DNA from: a virus
Length of the DNA stretch: 64,000 nucleotides
Reading direction: 5' to 3' (one strand)
Virus record (IMG/VR): IMGVR_UViG_3300046167_000873
Span: 1-64,000 of that record
Shown in pieces: positions 28,385-37,203 of this stretch (within the stretch, counting starts at the first letter, position 1; every line of letters starts with the position of its first letter). The notes below the pieces were generated by a model. The model saw nothing but the letters and a program-made list of their open reading frames with translations. It was not told the origin of the DNA and did no database searches. The translations under genes were made by a program, and so were the position numbers.

Positions 28385-28583
28385 CTAAAAATATTTGTTA
28401 AGCGTCTCTAACTTTTCGTCTGCTTCTGCCAACTTGGCAACTTCTTCATCGATAGCGCCTGTGATATCTGAATGCTCGCCAATACCTACAGAGTGCCGCA
28501 AATATGTTTCGATGTTAGCAGCGCGCAAGGGCTACATCGCCTTCATATTTTTTGCGTAGCGCTAATAACAAAATTTCATTCAT
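28385..28583 (-). CDS. conserved small phage protein with apparent +1 frameshift (~28521)
   Basis: MNEILLLALRKKYEGDVALAR / ANIETYLRHSVGIGEHSDITGAIDEEVAKL..LETLNKYF. Confidence 0.55.
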
Positions 28584-28594
28584 AGAGCTGTTTT

Positions 28595-29755
28595 TCATAA
28601 TAATTTCACCTTTTGTTGATAATCTTTAGTAGACATCCCTGCTTGTTTAAGAATTACATCATCAGATGGATGACTTTTCATTCCATTAAATGTTTCAACT
28701 AATCCGAGCTCCAACATCGCACGCTGTCTACCATATGGATGATCGGTAATACCACAAGAAGACCACAAGCTATCATAATCCAAGTGATCGTAATCAGGAC
28801 CAGGACGGACATAATTTTCAACGTAACGAATAAAGTCACAGCACACATCTTCAGCATTGTAAGGAATCGACCCAGTATCATCATAGATTTTTGACATAAC
28901 TGCATCTAGAAATACCTCCTTCTTTACTTTTTTAGTTGGTGTTGCTAGGTATGAAATACATTCTACAGCATTTGTACCATAATAGAACATACTTTCTTTG
29001 TTAACATATTGAGGAAACCAATCAGCAATGTCAGCAACAACAGCAGCATATTGAAACTTATATCGCTTTAAGCCATTGTCTTCATTCCACTGAAGCATGA
29101 ACTCTCCAATCTCTCTTAAATCCCTTTTATCTCCTTGAGATAACCAAGCAGCGAGGGCTCTTGCAAGCCTTGGCGCGTATTCTCCTAAATAATAATCACC
29201 GCCCTTTTTATAATCTCCACGCGGTTTTGGAAACTGTGGAAACTGGTAACCTACTGATGTATAGAAAGACACTGGATAATGTTTCATCAGGCCTACCATG
29301 TCATCGATGGTATCACATTGATGCAGATTGAATAGGATTGTATTGTGATATCCAGAAGGCTTCTGGGCATAGTTGATGGCTGATCCTGTGACTCTATGCA
29401 ATATGAATATGTACAACCATTCAGGTAAATCATAGAAGTGTTGTTTTCCAGTCCAGTCTTTGGCTACCTGTTCTCTTTGACGAGTACACGTACCTGCTTC
29501 CATTTTTTTCCAATATGGATGAGATGGATTCCAACCATAAAAACAATCATTGATGATCTGAGAAAAGCCTGCATATTTACGTTCAACAACATCATAGAGT
29601 TCTACATTCTCCATAAGATCATCGTTCAGGCCTGAGTCTTTATGTGCAATCATGCCATATGGTTCATCTTCGCACACATTACAAAGATCCTGCTGACGTT
29701 TAGCAAGATCAAAGTATCGAATGAATTCGTCATAATATCGTGTAGTTTCAATCAT
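28595..29755 (-). CDS. aGPT-Pplase (amino acid:DNA transferase, HhH-glycosylase-fold)-like protein
   Basis: YDVVER; FQYAAVVADIA; YYGTNA; EDVCCDFIRY resemble aGPT-Pplase1 motifs; context beside a PLP enzyme and gp42. Confidence 0.55.
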   Translation of the reverse strand: MIETTRYYDEFIRYFDLAKRQQDLCNVCEDEPYGMIAHKDSGLNDDLMENVELYDVVERKYAGFSQIINDCFYGWNPSHPYWKKMEAGTCTRQREQVAKDWTGKQHFYDLPEWLYIFILHRVTGSAINYAQKPSGYHNTILFNLHQCDTIDDMVGLMKHYPVSFYTSVGYQFPQFPKPRGDYKKGGDYYLGEYAPRLARALAAWLSQGDKRDLREIGEFMLQWNEDNGLKRYKFQYAAVVADIADWFPQYVNKESMFYYGTNAVECISYLATPTKKVKKEVFLDAVMSKIYDDTGSIPYNAEDVCCDFIRYVENYVRPGPDYDHLDYDSLWSSCGITDHPYGRQRAMLELGLVETFNGMKSHPSDDVILKQAGMSTKDYQQKVKLL

Positions 29756-30717
29756 AATAAAAAGGTTTCATATCCATCTTTGAGTGATCTGTTTGCATGC
29801 CAATCACCAAGATCATTCCATTCTCTTTGTGAATTGATTGCGTCGGTGTTTATTTTCATTAAGTTTCGGTTGATCTGATCGTCTGAACCAACATTAATAA
29901 AGATAGAACCTGGTTTACCTTCACGATCAAAAAGATCCCAAGCTTTTGCATCATATGCTCCTGTAGTAGGACAAGGCATTGTATCTGCAATTGGAGTTTT
30001 CTTAAGAAAAGGCATCGTTGCTGTTTCAAGAATAGCAACACCTTTTTCACCTTCATGAATATTGCGTGCAACTGCAACACCTTTTGGTGTAGCTTCAGGC
30101 CATCCCATTTGCAATGCACGAATCATTGTACCTGTAGATACTGCACAATATATCTCTGAAGGATCGTGCCCCAGATCGCTGCTGACATTCTTACACATGT
30201 TTACCAAACCAGCAGTGACTGTTGGTGTATCTTTAAATCCGAATGGAATGTAGGTAAAATCTCTTTCCTCAGCCCATTTCTTTGCGTAACTATTAAGCAT
30301 AGGCATCGCAGCAGTTTTAAAGAAGCGAACTTCTACATTGTCATATGCAAACAATGCACCTTGGTGATCAGAAACTTTTTTAGAGGCAGGCATAAAGAAG
30401 ACGCAACGCTTTTCATACCTCTCAGCAATAGCAGCGATTGCATCAGGCGCGTGTCCTTGTCTAGGTGCTACGTAGACGAATGTGTCAGATGGAGCTTGAG
30501 CAATAACCTTCTCACCGCCAAATGCTTTTAATCCACCAGGCGCAAGGTCAGCTCGAAGAATATATTTGTCTTTGTATTTTTCAACGACGGGTGAACCGAA
30601 ACGGGTATCAAATTGACCCCACATTTCTTGGTAATAATCTCTGCCGTCTTGACGAGACATACCTAAAAACAAATCTTTATTAAGGTCACTTTCAGTAATA
30701 TTAAATGATGTAGGCAT
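29752..30717 (-). CDS. PLP-dependent enzyme, fold type II (Trp synthase beta/PALP superfamily)
   Basis: P.V..ILRADL..GGLK (Schiff-base Lys), YVAPRQGHA, CAVSTGT phosphate loop, YDAKAW, FINVG. Confidence 0.75.
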   Translation of the reverse strand: MPTSFNITESDLNKDLFLGMSRQDGRDYYQEMWGQFDTRFGSPVVEKYKDKYILRADLAPGGLKAFGGEKVIAQAPSDTFVYVAPRQGHAPDAIAAIAERYEKRCVFFMPASKKVSDHQGALFAYDNVEVRFFKTAAMPMLNSYAKKWAEERDFTYIPFGFKDTPTVTAGLVNMCKNVSSDLGHDPSEIYCAVSTGTMIRALQMGWPEATPKGVAVARNIHEGEKGVAILETATMPFLKKTPIADTMPCPTTGAYDAKAWDLFDREGKPGSIFINVGSDDQINRNLMKINTDAINSQREWNDLGDWHANRSLKDGYETFLL

Positions 30718-30720
30718 AAC

Positions 30721-31353
30721 TCAATCTCTAAAACATGGCAAAAATATATCTGGATCTACGTTGTGGTTACCGATTCTGTAATGTTCAGGTTCGTATAGTA
30801 CCTTAGGTAAAGGATTACTGACACCTACTCTTCCTGGCGAATTTTGTGGCTTATACCATTTTTTAAACTTTGCCATTGCAGTGTGAAAATACAAATAAGC
30901 ATTTGCTAACTGAATATACTTATCTAGGTCTACAGGCAAATCATACTGTTTAATCTTTTCAACTGCTCTGCGTTCACAGTCTGCCTCTAGCATAACGATA
31001 TTTGACAAAGCAGACCGTAAACTTGATTCTGATACATCTTCACCATCTAATGCAGCAGACCATATCATATAATCATCACCAATATTTTCTGGCCAATACT
31101 TAGAACCATCTATCCATTGATCCATGTGACAACTTTCATGTACATACACACCAATAAACATTTCTGGTGGGCAACCTGTCGCAACATGTAATCTCCGTGT
31201 CTCATCACAAAAGAAACCAAGCACTCGCATGCTATCACCTGGACAATTGACTAGCTGTCCTCTTCCTTTGTATATTGTAATGTTATTTGCTTTCGCTTTT
31301 GCACGTACGTCATTATCAAATCTTTTATATTCTTCGTTGGTTTTGTTTTTCAA
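30721..31353 (-). CDS. HExxH metallopeptidase-like protein
   Basis: VHESCH plus downstream LEADCE. Confidence 0.55.
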   Translation of the reverse strand: MKNKTNEEYKRFDNDVRAKAKANNITIYKGRGQLVNCPGDSMRVLGFFCDETRRLHVATGCPPEMFIGVYVHESCHMDQWIDGSKYWPENIGDDYMIWSAALDGEDVSESSLRSALSNIVMLEADCERRAVEKIKQYDLPVDLDKYIQLANAYLYFHTAMAKFKKWYKPQNSPGRVGVSNPLPKVLYEPEHYRIGNHNVDPDIFLPCFRD

Positions 31354-31383
31354 TATCTTCTCGTATTAGATCTAATAACATAC

Positions 31384-31599
31384 CTACTTATCCTTCTTTT
31401 GAAAATGCAACCTCACGTATGTTTTACGGAAAATAGCAACAGCAGTAAAAATAGACGTAGCAACGATTGTTGTTAGCGTTGCATTCCACTGCAATCCAAA
31501 AGCGATAGTAAGTATAACCCAGTTGATAATAAAATTCAACGGTAATGCTATCATAGTATCAATCGTTGCTTCTGTTAGTGCTGCTTTATAATCACGCAT
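31384..31599 (-). CDS. small two-TM protein
   Basis: Hydrophobic; ends R..YVRL.F. Confidence 0.6.
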   Translation of the reverse strand: MRDYKAALTEATIDTMIALPLNFIINWVILTIAFGLQWNATLTTIVATSIFTAVAIFRKTYVRLHFQKKDK

Positions 31600-31856
31600 T
31601 ATTCCCTCTCTATGATTTCTGCATAACTTCCAAATTCCATTTTAAAGTTTTGTGCAGCCTTTAAATCTTCAAAGCAAAATGTGTGTGCATAGACATCTGT
31701 CCAATGTTTAAAGTGCCACTCTTCTTTGCGACACATAAACCTGCACCACTCTTTGCCATTAGTTTCCAAATCACTGTGTAATTGCACGTTGAAAGAATGC
31801 TTTGGTAACCAATTTCTTTTGTAGTCATCAATCTCTTGTGGTGTCATGATCATCAC
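31599..31856 (-). CDS. conserved hypothetical protein
   Basis: LHSD....KEWC, TDVY.HTF.FE. Confidence 0.6.
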   Translation of the reverse strand: MMIMTPQEIDDYKRNWLPKHSFNVQLHSDLETNGKEWCRFMCRKEEWHFKHWTDVYAHTFCFEDLKAAQNFKMEFGSYAEIIERE

Positions 31857-31933
31857 CTTGAAAAACTATCATTAAAGAAGTACAAAATACCCAAATTAAA
31901 ACCATTGTCCAAGCAAGTTCCCAATCAGTCATT

Positions 31934-32617
31934 TTAAACCACCAAGTCAAAGTGTCTTTCATAAACGTGTAACGACTGTACTTGCCAATAGATATTACCT
32001 ACTTCGACATGATCCAATTCGGAATATGAGTTGTAATCATCGGTCAGTCGAATCAGTACTTCTTCTTGCCAAGCATAATCATTTTTATAGCCGAAGACTA
32101 CGTCGTTAGAACGCATTTGCACGACACAGTGTAATTTATTGTCTCTGACGTAATAGGTGACTGCGTTTGTACAGATGAAATCGTTCTTTCCATTTTCGAC
32201 AGCTTCCACCCAGATAGATGGTCGAGTATATATGGCCGTTGCTCGTCTTGTGTTACTATCTCCCAACAGACAGTCGAGTACGTTATTGTATTGATCATAG
32301 TATTGCTCTCCATGTAGAAGTAATCCATAATTCGAGTTGATTTCACCGTACTTGTTTGCTGAGAGCTCCCATGCTTTAGGCGCTGGACGATCCCCACCAT
32401 ATATATCATTAATATTAGTACTATGAGAATCGTACCACCGTAGCTCTCTAAAGATATATTCATCGTTTACTTCTCCAAAGATTGTTGGGCGGTCAGCTAA
32501 AAATGAAGCGCCTAACATTTCAATTGTTTTGCAACCAGTACGATCGGTGACAAAATCCTTTCGTAACAGTGCTGTTTTAAAAAACTCTCGTATATCATTA
32601 GTGCGAATATGCATCAT
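31934..32617 (-). CDS. gp42: dCMP hydroxymethylase (T4 gp42-like)
   Basis: Collinear with T4 gp42 as recalled: DRTG.KTIE..GASF.AD, GEINSNYG, IYTRPS, DFICTN (catalytic Cys), MRSNDVVFGYKND (Asp specifying dCMP), SLHVY. Confidence 0.93.
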   Translation of the reverse strand: MMHIRTNDIREFFKTALLRKDFVTDRTGCKTIEMLGASFLADRPTIFGEVNDEYIFRELRWYDSHSTNINDIYGGDRPAPKAWELSANKYGEINSNYGLLLHGEQYYDQYNNVLDCLLGDSNTRRATAIYTRPSIWVEAVENGKNDFICTNAVTYYVRDNKLHCVVQMRSNDVVFGYKNDYAWQEEVLIRLTDDYNSYSELDHVEVGNIYWQVQSLHVYERHFDLVV

Positions 32618-32928
32618 TAATCTTTCCACCTATCATCTATTTTAGAAGTATCTTGTTGATCCATTGCTATCATCATGATCATAATCTGAGTAGCAGCATG
32701 GGCTAAATGGCTTAATCCTGATTCAGGGTCGATGTCTTCACCTGACCAAAATGAATTAAGATGACGTTGAATCGATGAATAGCTACGAGACAATTCTGTG
32801 CAGTCTATATCTTCACGCCAATTATTCGCGCCATACTTGTCAGCACCGAAACCGAACACCTTAGAAATTTCTATTAGTGTTTCAGGTGGTATAAGAGCGA
32901 GGGGCGGTTTGCCCCTATCATATTTCAT
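32617..32928 (-). CDS. dATP/dGTP diphosphohydrolase-domain (DUF5664-like) protein
   Basis: KYD.GKP.L.LIP, FGADKYG..NW, RHL..FW.GEDIDPESGL.HLAHA. Confidence 0.85.
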   Translation of the reverse strand: MKYDRGKPPLALIPPETLIEISKVFGFGADKYGANNWREDIDCTELSRSYSSIQRHLNSFWSGEDIDPESGLSHLAHAATQIMIMMIAMDQQDTSKIDDRWKD

Positions 32929-33006
32929 TATTCATACTCCTACGATAGATAGAGCAATGAACATTAGTGTACCTGCAACAAAGATGGTTTTCATTATTCA
33001 TACTCC
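32923..33006. repeat. 18-bp direct repeat (tttcattattcatactcc x2) flanking a 20-codon ORF
   Basis: Copies at 32923-32940 and 32989-33006. Confidence 0.85.
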
Positions 33007-33164
33007 CGTATTTCTTGCTCAAGATCATTTTGAAGACGGTGTAAGTAATCGTATGCATTCTGCATATCAAACCTTGCGGCCTTTGCCTTTTCATCAAGAA
33101 CTTTATTGAGGCGGCGTTGTAGTCTAGCAACTAATTGATCACGCATTTCTAAATCATAATTCAT
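32994..33164 (-). CDS. 56-aa coiled-coil hypothetical protein (MNYDLEMRDQLVARLQRR...)
   Basis: Manually read; follows a degenerate TTTACT/TACAAT promoter at ~33199-33227. Confidence 0.55.
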   Translation of the reverse strand: MNYDLEMRDQLVARLQRRLNKVLDEKAKAARFDMQNAYDYLHRLQNDLEQEIREYE

Positions 33165-33228
33165 AACTTTTTCTCACTTGTCATTAGATAACACAGGCAT
33201 TGTACTATAGCTTTTATCAGAAGTAAAC

Positions 33229-33876
33229 TTATATTACTTGTTTTTGTTTACGTCGTTCACGTAACATCGCAACACGTTCTACACCTTTGATCCATGTTTC
33301 TGGAGACTGTGGCTTTGAGTGTGACAACTTCAACTTGTTTTCTTTAAACTCTGTCTTAAGGATGTTTGCAGCATCTCGACCCATAAAAGATGATACCAAC
33401 TTAATAAGGTTTGAGCGAAACTCAATTGAATGGTTAAAACAGTTTGGAAGTTGGTGGCAAAGCTCGTGCAATAATGTGTACTCATTCATACCCGTGGATT
33501 CTGCCAGCTCTATCTTGTTGTTAGAGAATGCTCGACCAGCAGTCCGCCTTCCCATCCTTGTATTAATTTCAAGAGTAACAAAAGGGCCGCAGAGATTATA
33601 CCACCTTGATGAATCTAAGATTTGATCCATGCGCCGTTGAACTTGTTTAATGTTATCGAACTTACGAATTTTCACTTGTTTCTGAAAAGCCCATTCTGAT
33701 CGATAAACCCTATGGGTATCTGAATCTCTATTTGTAAGACCCTTTATGCCACCATTCTGGATGGCTTGCTCTTTGCGCTGGACATAACTTAAGTATGCTT
33801 GTGTTTCAGAGTTGGTAAACCCAAGAGATTTGCAATGATCTACTACGTCTTTTTTACATGATTGATATATAAGCAT
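33229..33876 (-). CDS. SprT-like/HExxH metallopeptidase-like protein
   Basis: TAGRA, TLLHELCH, H...F. Confidence 0.6.
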   Translation of the reverse strand: MLIYQSCKKDVVDHCKSLGFTNSETQAYLSYVQRKEQAIQNGGIKGLTNRDSDTHRVYRSEWAFQKQVKIRKFDNIKQVQRRMDQILDSSRWYNLCGPFVTLEINTRMGRRTAGRAFSNNKIELAESTGMNEYTLLHELCHQLPNCFNHSIEFRSNLIKLVSSFMGRDAANILKTEFKENKLKLSHSKPQSPETWIKGVERVAMLRERRKQKQVI

Positions 33877-33943
33877 AATATAAAAACCTATTCAATGATC
33901 TACATAAAGATTATACAACAGAAAGTGGGGCGTTGTACACCCC

Positions 33944-34291
33944 TTATAGTTTTACAACTTTAAGACAATCCATCATGTTGCTGTTTAAGTAGTGGCCTTT
34001 GCCGTATCCGTCAACTACATAATAGTAGTCAGCGGTTTTGATTGGATCAGCCGTAGGTATGTCGCGATCGATATGCGTAACCCGTCCAGCGTGACTGCCA
34101 CCAGCCGAGGTCCACTGAATAAGTTCACCTACTTCAGCGTGATTAGAACAATGAGTATATTCTTCTTCGGTGATATGTAGGGCTTTAGGGTTTGGGTAGC
34201 TCATCATTTTATCATGGGCTTCAGCAAAGCTGTTGAAAGGACCAGATCGACGGCCGAGTTTGTTTAGCTTTAAAAAGTAACCAGTTTCCAT
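33944..34291 (-). CDS. hypothetical early protein
   Basis: Follows cassette copy 7. Confidence 0.65.
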   Translation of the reverse strand: METGYFLKLNKLGRRSGPFNSFAEAHDKMMSYPNPKALHITEEEYTHCSNHAEVGELIQWTSAGGSHAGRVTHIDRDIPTADPIKTADYYYVVDGYGKGHYLNSNMMDCLKVVKL

Positions 34292-34372
34292 AATGTTTCC
34301 CTCAAGTTCAGAATAACTTCATTTGATGGAACCATTATAGAATAGTTTTTTTGAAAAGTAAACACTTTTTTT
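34292..34372 (-). promoter_or_regulatory. early promoter/leader cassette, copy 7
   Basis: GTTTACT-17-TATAAT, GGTTCCATCAAATGAAGTTA. Confidence 0.85.
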
Positions 34373-34387
34373 GAAAAGAATTATTCT

Positions 34388-34789
34388 CTAGACATTTTCA
34401 AAAAGACCGTGGTTGCCTGAATGATCAGGCGCCTTCCATCCACTTGGCTTTACAAGATCAGGCAGACCAAGTGGGTTTGGACGGCTTTCTTTTTGTCCTA
34501 CTTGTTTTGCCATATTAGCTTCTGCTACACGATCCCAAGCTTCATATGCATCTACATTAAAAGCATCTAATGTACCAATAGCAACAACACACAGATCAAT
34601 AAGACCATCAACGATTTCTTCAGGATCACGTGCATCAACTGCAAGAGCAGTTTCATTGAGTTCTTCATAAAGAAACTTAAGACGAAAGTCCAAATACTCC
34701 TTTAACTTGTCTGGGTTATTCTTTACCCATTCACCAACACCGTATTGCTTGTGCATACGTTCAATATCATAAACCCAGTCATTCGACAT
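34388..34789 (-). CDS. MazG-like nucleoside triphosphate pyrophosphohydrolase
   Basis: EELNE...EEIVDGLID acidic motif, ANMAK, RPNPLGLPDLVKP.GW. Confidence 0.85.
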   Translation of the reverse strand: MSNDWVYDIERMHKQYGVGEWVKNNPDKLKEYLDFRLKFLYEELNETALAVDARDPEEIVDGLIDLCVVAIGTLDAFNVDAYEAWDRVAEANMAKQVGQKESRPNPLGLPDLVKPSGWKAPDHSGNHGLFENV

Positions 34790-35319
34790 TATACTGCTCC
34801 TTTAAAAGCTCTTAAAAATTTCTTCTTTAAATTATCTCTACGCTTCCGTGCTTTTTTGAGGTTAATCTCAGAAACACGTTGCGTAAAATAGATACCATCT
34901 AGATGATCAATCTCGTGTTGTATTACTCGTGATACCATACCGGTAAATGTATGTGCCTTTTGTTCACCTTGTGGCGTATGCCACCGTACTCGGCAAGATT
35001 TTGGTCTTCGTACCTTGGCTAGCATAAACTCATCACTCAAGCAACCTTCAGTTTTTACACTATAATCATCACTATAAAATACTATGCGAGGATTGTACAT
35101 AGCTAGCTTGCCTTCATCTTGAGTATTGATGATGCACAACCTATGGTTAAGTCCAACTTGATTGGCTGCTATACCTAGTCCGCCCTTTTCTACCATAAAG
35201 TTAGATAGTTCATTTACTAGCTCTATAGCATCACATGGAGGATTCTCAAAATCAAATGGTTCGATTTTATCATGCAGATATGTAGGATCTATTTTCATTT
35301 TATTCACTGTCAAAATCAA
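34789..35319 (-). CDS. def: peptide deformylase
   Basis: GLGIAANQVG, EGCLS, QHEIDHLDG. Confidence 0.95.
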   Translation of the reverse strand: MILTVNKMKIDPTYLHDKIEPFDFENPPCDAIELVNELSNFMVEKGGLGIAANQVGLNHRLCIINTQDEGKLAMYNPRIVFYSDDYSVKTEGCLSDEFMLAKVRRPKSCRVRWHTPQGEQKAHTFTGMVSRVIQHEIDHLDGIYFTQRVSEINLKKARKRRDNLKKKFLRAFKGAV

Positions 35320-35491
35320 CTATTCTTACAAGGTTTTCATTTGTAATTTTAAGTTTGTTGTCAATGTAATGTTGTGCCTCAGCCTCATTCATAAAAACCA
35401 TATCGACTTTCGTAATCCGGCTTTTGGCTGTATCAATAACATTATACCACTTACCATCTTCTTTTATTTTAGCTTGAATTTTATATGCCAT
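35300..35491 (-). CDS. hypothetical protein
   Basis: ORF with AAGGAG SD. Confidence 0.6.
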   Translation of the reverse strand: MAYKIQAKIKEDGKWYNVIDTAKSRITKVDMVFMNEAEAQHYIDNKLKITNENLVRIVDFDSE

Positions 35492-35502
35492 TATATTTCT
35501 CC

Positions 35503-37203
35503 TTAAGATGCAATATGTGAAAAGTTCTTAATCTTCTCAAACTTTATATTGCTATGAAATTTATCGTAAAGCTGATCACCTTTATGGCTAATCACAAAGA
35601 CATTACTATCAGATGTAAGCGATGTAATAAGCTTGAGGAATTCATCTGTTCCTGTATTATCAAGTGAGCTGTCAAATACTTCATCCATGATCAATAGGTT
35701 TGTTGTAATTGAATTGCGTAGCTTAGCAACTGCTCTCCACGTAAATAGTAGTGATAAATCAATTCTCATTTTCTCACCTTCAGAAAACGAATCGTATGTA
35801 AATTCATCACGGTGTCTTGATTTAATAACTTCATTGAAGTTTTCATCAAGTTCGAACTGCACAAAAAACTCCATGGCAGCGAGGTACTTATTCATGAGCT
35901 TATTGATCACTGGTATGTATTGCTTTACAATCTTTGCTTTAATTCCAGTGTCCTTGAGTAGACTCAGTCCAATATCATTGATCTCTTTCTGTTCTAAAAG
36001 TACTTTATAGTTGGCTTGCTTATCTTTAACAAAAGCTTCAAGCTCAACAATATCGTCATCAATCGAATCAGGAACAATCTCTTTCTGCTCTTTCATCAGC
36101 TTAGTTACGTCTTGCTTAATAGATGAAAGCAAAGCAGTTGATACTGATTGTTGATTGGTTACTTTTGCTATCTTACCTTTAACTTCGTTCCATTCATCAC
36201 GTACTTTGTCAATCTTGTCAAATTGTGCTGTAAGTTTTTCATAAGCATCATTGAGTTCTGTTTGCTTACTTACAGATTCCGCTATCTTTTTCTTCTTCAT
36301 AGCTTCGTTAATGGTTTGCTTACAGGTAGGACAGTCATCGTGTTTCTCATAGAACTTATTGTCTTCGACTGCCTGTTTAAGTTCGAACTCCATATTGGCT
36401 TTAATCTTGTTTAGCTTTGTTTCTTTATTCTTGGCAGTCTCAATATCAGGTAGTTTGCTTTCTAGTTTCTCGATATCTTTATCGTATGCTCGAATAGTTT
36501 TAACCGTATCCTCATATTTTTTCTTATGGATCTGTATCTCTTTTTCTTTATCTTCTTTGTTCTTCAAAACCATCGAAGTAATCTTTGCTGCATGTTGGCG
36601 TGTGAGTTCAATCTTCTGTTCACACTTTTCAATCTCGTGCTTGTGTTCAGTCAATTGTGCCTTAACATCGTTTGCTCTTTCTTTTAGGATTGTATTCATC
36701 TTAGTAAAGATTTCTATATCAAGAAGATCTTCTATGACACTCCTGCGATCACCTGGCTTCATTTGCATGAATGGCATATAGTTTGCAGAGCCAATCACAA
36801 CAATTTGCGTGAAGGACTTGTGGTTGAGCTTGAGGATAGTCTTCTCAAGCATTTCTTGGTATTCCTTTATGCTGGCATTTTGATCTATCAAAGTATCATC
36901 CGCATATATTTCAAACACGGCTGGCTTGATGCCTCTACGAACTTTATAGTGTTTGCCTTTGGTCGTAAATTCTATTTCGACAGCACAATCTTTATTTGTA
37001 ATTGAATTAACGAGTTGCGGCTTATTAATATTGCGATAAGGCTTACCATACAATGCAAACATGATTGCATCAAGTATTGTAGATTTACCCGCACCGTTTT
37101 CACCTACAATAAGAGTAGATGCTGAACGATTTAATTGGAGTTCAGTCCATTGATTACCGGTCGATAAGAAATTTTGCCAACGCACTTTCTGAAAGTTTAT
37201 GAT
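35503..37203 (-). CDS. gp46: recombination endonuclease ATPase subunit (SbcC/Rad50-like)
   Basis: NFLSTGN, GENGAGKST, CPTC hook, FSEGEK, LIMDEVFDSSLD; start probably at ATC 37203 (GTG 37185 in the track). Confidence 0.95.
   Translation of the reverse strand: MINFQKVRWQNFLSTGNQWTELQLNRSASTLIVGENGAGKSTILDAIMFALYGKPYRNINKPQLVNSITNKDCAVEIEFTTKGKHYKVRRGIKPAVFEIYADDTLIDQNASIKEYQEMLEKTILKLNHKSFTQIVVIGSANYMPFMQMKPGDRRSVIEDLLDIEIFTKMNTILKERANDVKAQLTEHKHEIEKCEQKIELTRQHAAKITSMVLKNKEDKEKEIQIHKKKYEDTVKTIRAYDKDIEKLESKLPDIETAKNKETKLNKIKANMEFELKQAVEDNKFYEKHDDCPTCKQTINEAMKKKKIAESVSKQTELNDAYEKLTAQFDKIDKVRDEWNEVKGKIAKVTNQQSVSTALLSSIKQDVTKLMKEQKEIVPDSIDDDIVELEAFVKDKQANYKVLLEQKEINDIGLSLLKDTGIKAKIVKQYIPVINKLMNKYLAAMEFFVQFELDENFNEVIKSRHRDEFTYDSFSEGEKMRIDLSLLFTWRAVAKLRNSITTNLLIMDEVFDSSLDNTGTDEFLKLITSLTSDSNVFVISHKGDQLYDKFHSNIKFEKIKNFSHIAS

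Noticed and set aside
28385-28583. Pseudogene in the modification cluster
   Set aside because: A single extra base restores an intact conserved small ORF; probably an error
31934-32629. Ordinary thymidylate synthase or dUMP hydroxymethylase
   Set aside because: Collinear with T4 gp42 and carries Asp at the base-specificity position
32617-32928. Z-genome (2-aminoadenine) pathway suggested by the DUF5664-like gene
   Set aside because: No purZ in the window; the gene is coupled to gp42 instead
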